Assembly: GCF_041956535.1 (NCBI RefSeq)
Contig: NW_027192203.1
Coordinates: 1-64,000 of the forward strand
Source of the DNA: Calcarisporiella thermophila CBS 279.70
Taxonomy: Eukaryota; Fungi; Calcarisporiellomycota
DNA length: 64,000 nt
Reading direction: 5' to 3'
A program made the position numbers and the translations under genes. The notes under the pieces were generated by a model. It saw nothing but the letters and a program-made list of their open reading frames with translations. It was not told where the DNA came from and made no database searches. Of this stretch, positions 63,101 through 64,000 are shown in pieces. Each line of letters begins with the position of its first letter. Position 1 is the first letter of the stretch.

Positions 63101-64000
63101 CAGATGATGAAGGCTGCCTCCGCCCCACGGGTGGACCCGTGGTTCCTCCAGCCCCGCCACGATCCGGAGGAAATCCAGTTCACCGCCGAGGGACAGGTGT
63201 ACGCGGCAACCCTGGGGGCCCTGGTGGAGCGCCTCACGACCCACCACGCCACCCCCAATGCCCTCTTCTCCAACGCGTTCCTGCTCACGTTCCGCCTCTT
63301 CTGCACGCCCGAGCAGCTCTGCGACCAGCTCATGCAGCGCTTCAAGCTCCAAGCTCCGGACCAGCAGCCGCTCAGCGAAGCGGAGATGGTGGTCTGGAGG
63401 CAACGGGTCCAGCTGCCCGTCCAGCTGAGGGTGTACAACGTGGTCAAGACATGGCTCGAGACCCACTGGGATCCAAGGCAGGACCACGTCGTGCTCGACA
63501 GGCTTGCCGAGTGGGCGAGCTCCCTGCAGCGCGACGGGATGCCTCCCCACACCGCACGCCGCATGATCGACCTCGTGCACAACAAACGATCGCCGCACCC
63601 CGCCAAGTCGGCCCATCCGCGCACCCTGAAGCACCACTCGCTGGACTTCGAGCCCGCCAACGCCCACCATGGCGAGAGCGAGGGCATGAGCCCCACGGCC
63701 GTCCCGCAGATCACCAAGCACCTGCTCCACGCGCTGCACCATGGGCAGGAGGTGCACGTGATTGACTTCGAGCCCCTCGAGATGGCCCGCCAGCTCACCC
63801 TCCTTGAGAGCAAGATTTACCGCGCCATCCGGCCGTCAGAGCTCGTGGACCGATCATCGGCCGCGGACAACGTCAAGCGCATGGGGCAGCTGAGCACGGG
63901 GATCACCTCGTGGGTCGCGCACACCATTCTCAGCGAGGCCGACGATGCGAAGCGCCGGGCCACCCTCGTCAAGTTTTGGATCAAGGTGGGCGAGCGCTGC
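60137..64000 (+). CDS. Ras guanine nucleotide exchange factor (Cdc25 family: SH3, REM, RasGEF), 3' partial
   Basis: SH3 VQALHPF..SGWWDG..RGWFPSNYV; intron 60718-60823; then open to the window end with REM (AATLGALVERLT..FLLTFRLF) and the RasGEF start (EPLEMARQLTLLE); frame discrepancy before the SH3. Confidence 0.9.

Noticed and set aside
61876-63813. 645-aa minus-strand ORF and other long ORFs in GC-rich parts (e.g. 62669-63757, 55956-56741, 53582-54166)
   Set aside because: Antisense or off-frame shadows of GC-rich genes, with no recognisable motifs
76-64000. Telomerase RNA template, tRNA, rRNA, snRNA or CRISPR features
   Set aside because: By eye I found no extended CCTAA template in a plausible ncRNA context and no convincing RNA-gene or repeat-spacer signature; a covariance-model search would be needed to exclude them

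Overview
This window is the left end of a chromosome from an intron-rich fungus. The gene content (SETD7, Crinkler-like NTPase-REase, Sola-like transposase, Git3/cAMP-receptor-like GPCR) points to an early-diverging lineage, probably Zoopagomycota or Mucoromycota, but that placement is inference. It opens with 15 perfect CCTAA units (TTAGG telomere). The AT-rich subtelomeric part (about 0-20 kb) carries a GPCR, a decayed gene with a 77-bp Tc1-like MITE, an EamA transporter, an FAD monooxygenase, a DJ-1/isocyanide-hydratase-like gene, HAK, a PPR gene and a tandem SEC11 pair. The increasingly GC-rich core carries an MpaB-like oxygenase, LRG1, VPS18, NBP2, SETD7, a CBM21 PP1 subunit, VPS72, a serine dehydratase, CPSF6-like, Mso1-like and a RasGEF that runs off the end. 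An AT-rich island at about 40.8-46.5 kb holds a palindromic Sola-like transposase relic and a Crinkler-like gene. The most notable observations are: (1) an intact SEC11 duplicate whose catalytic Ser is Thr; (2) the TTAGG telomere with AACCCTA relics beside it; (3) a UGUA-rich intron next to a frameshifting micro-exon in the CFIm subunit gene; (4) an animal-type SETD7; (5) a base-composition transition that falls inside VPS18. Exon structures were read by hand from GT-AG sites, and GC statements are visual estimates.
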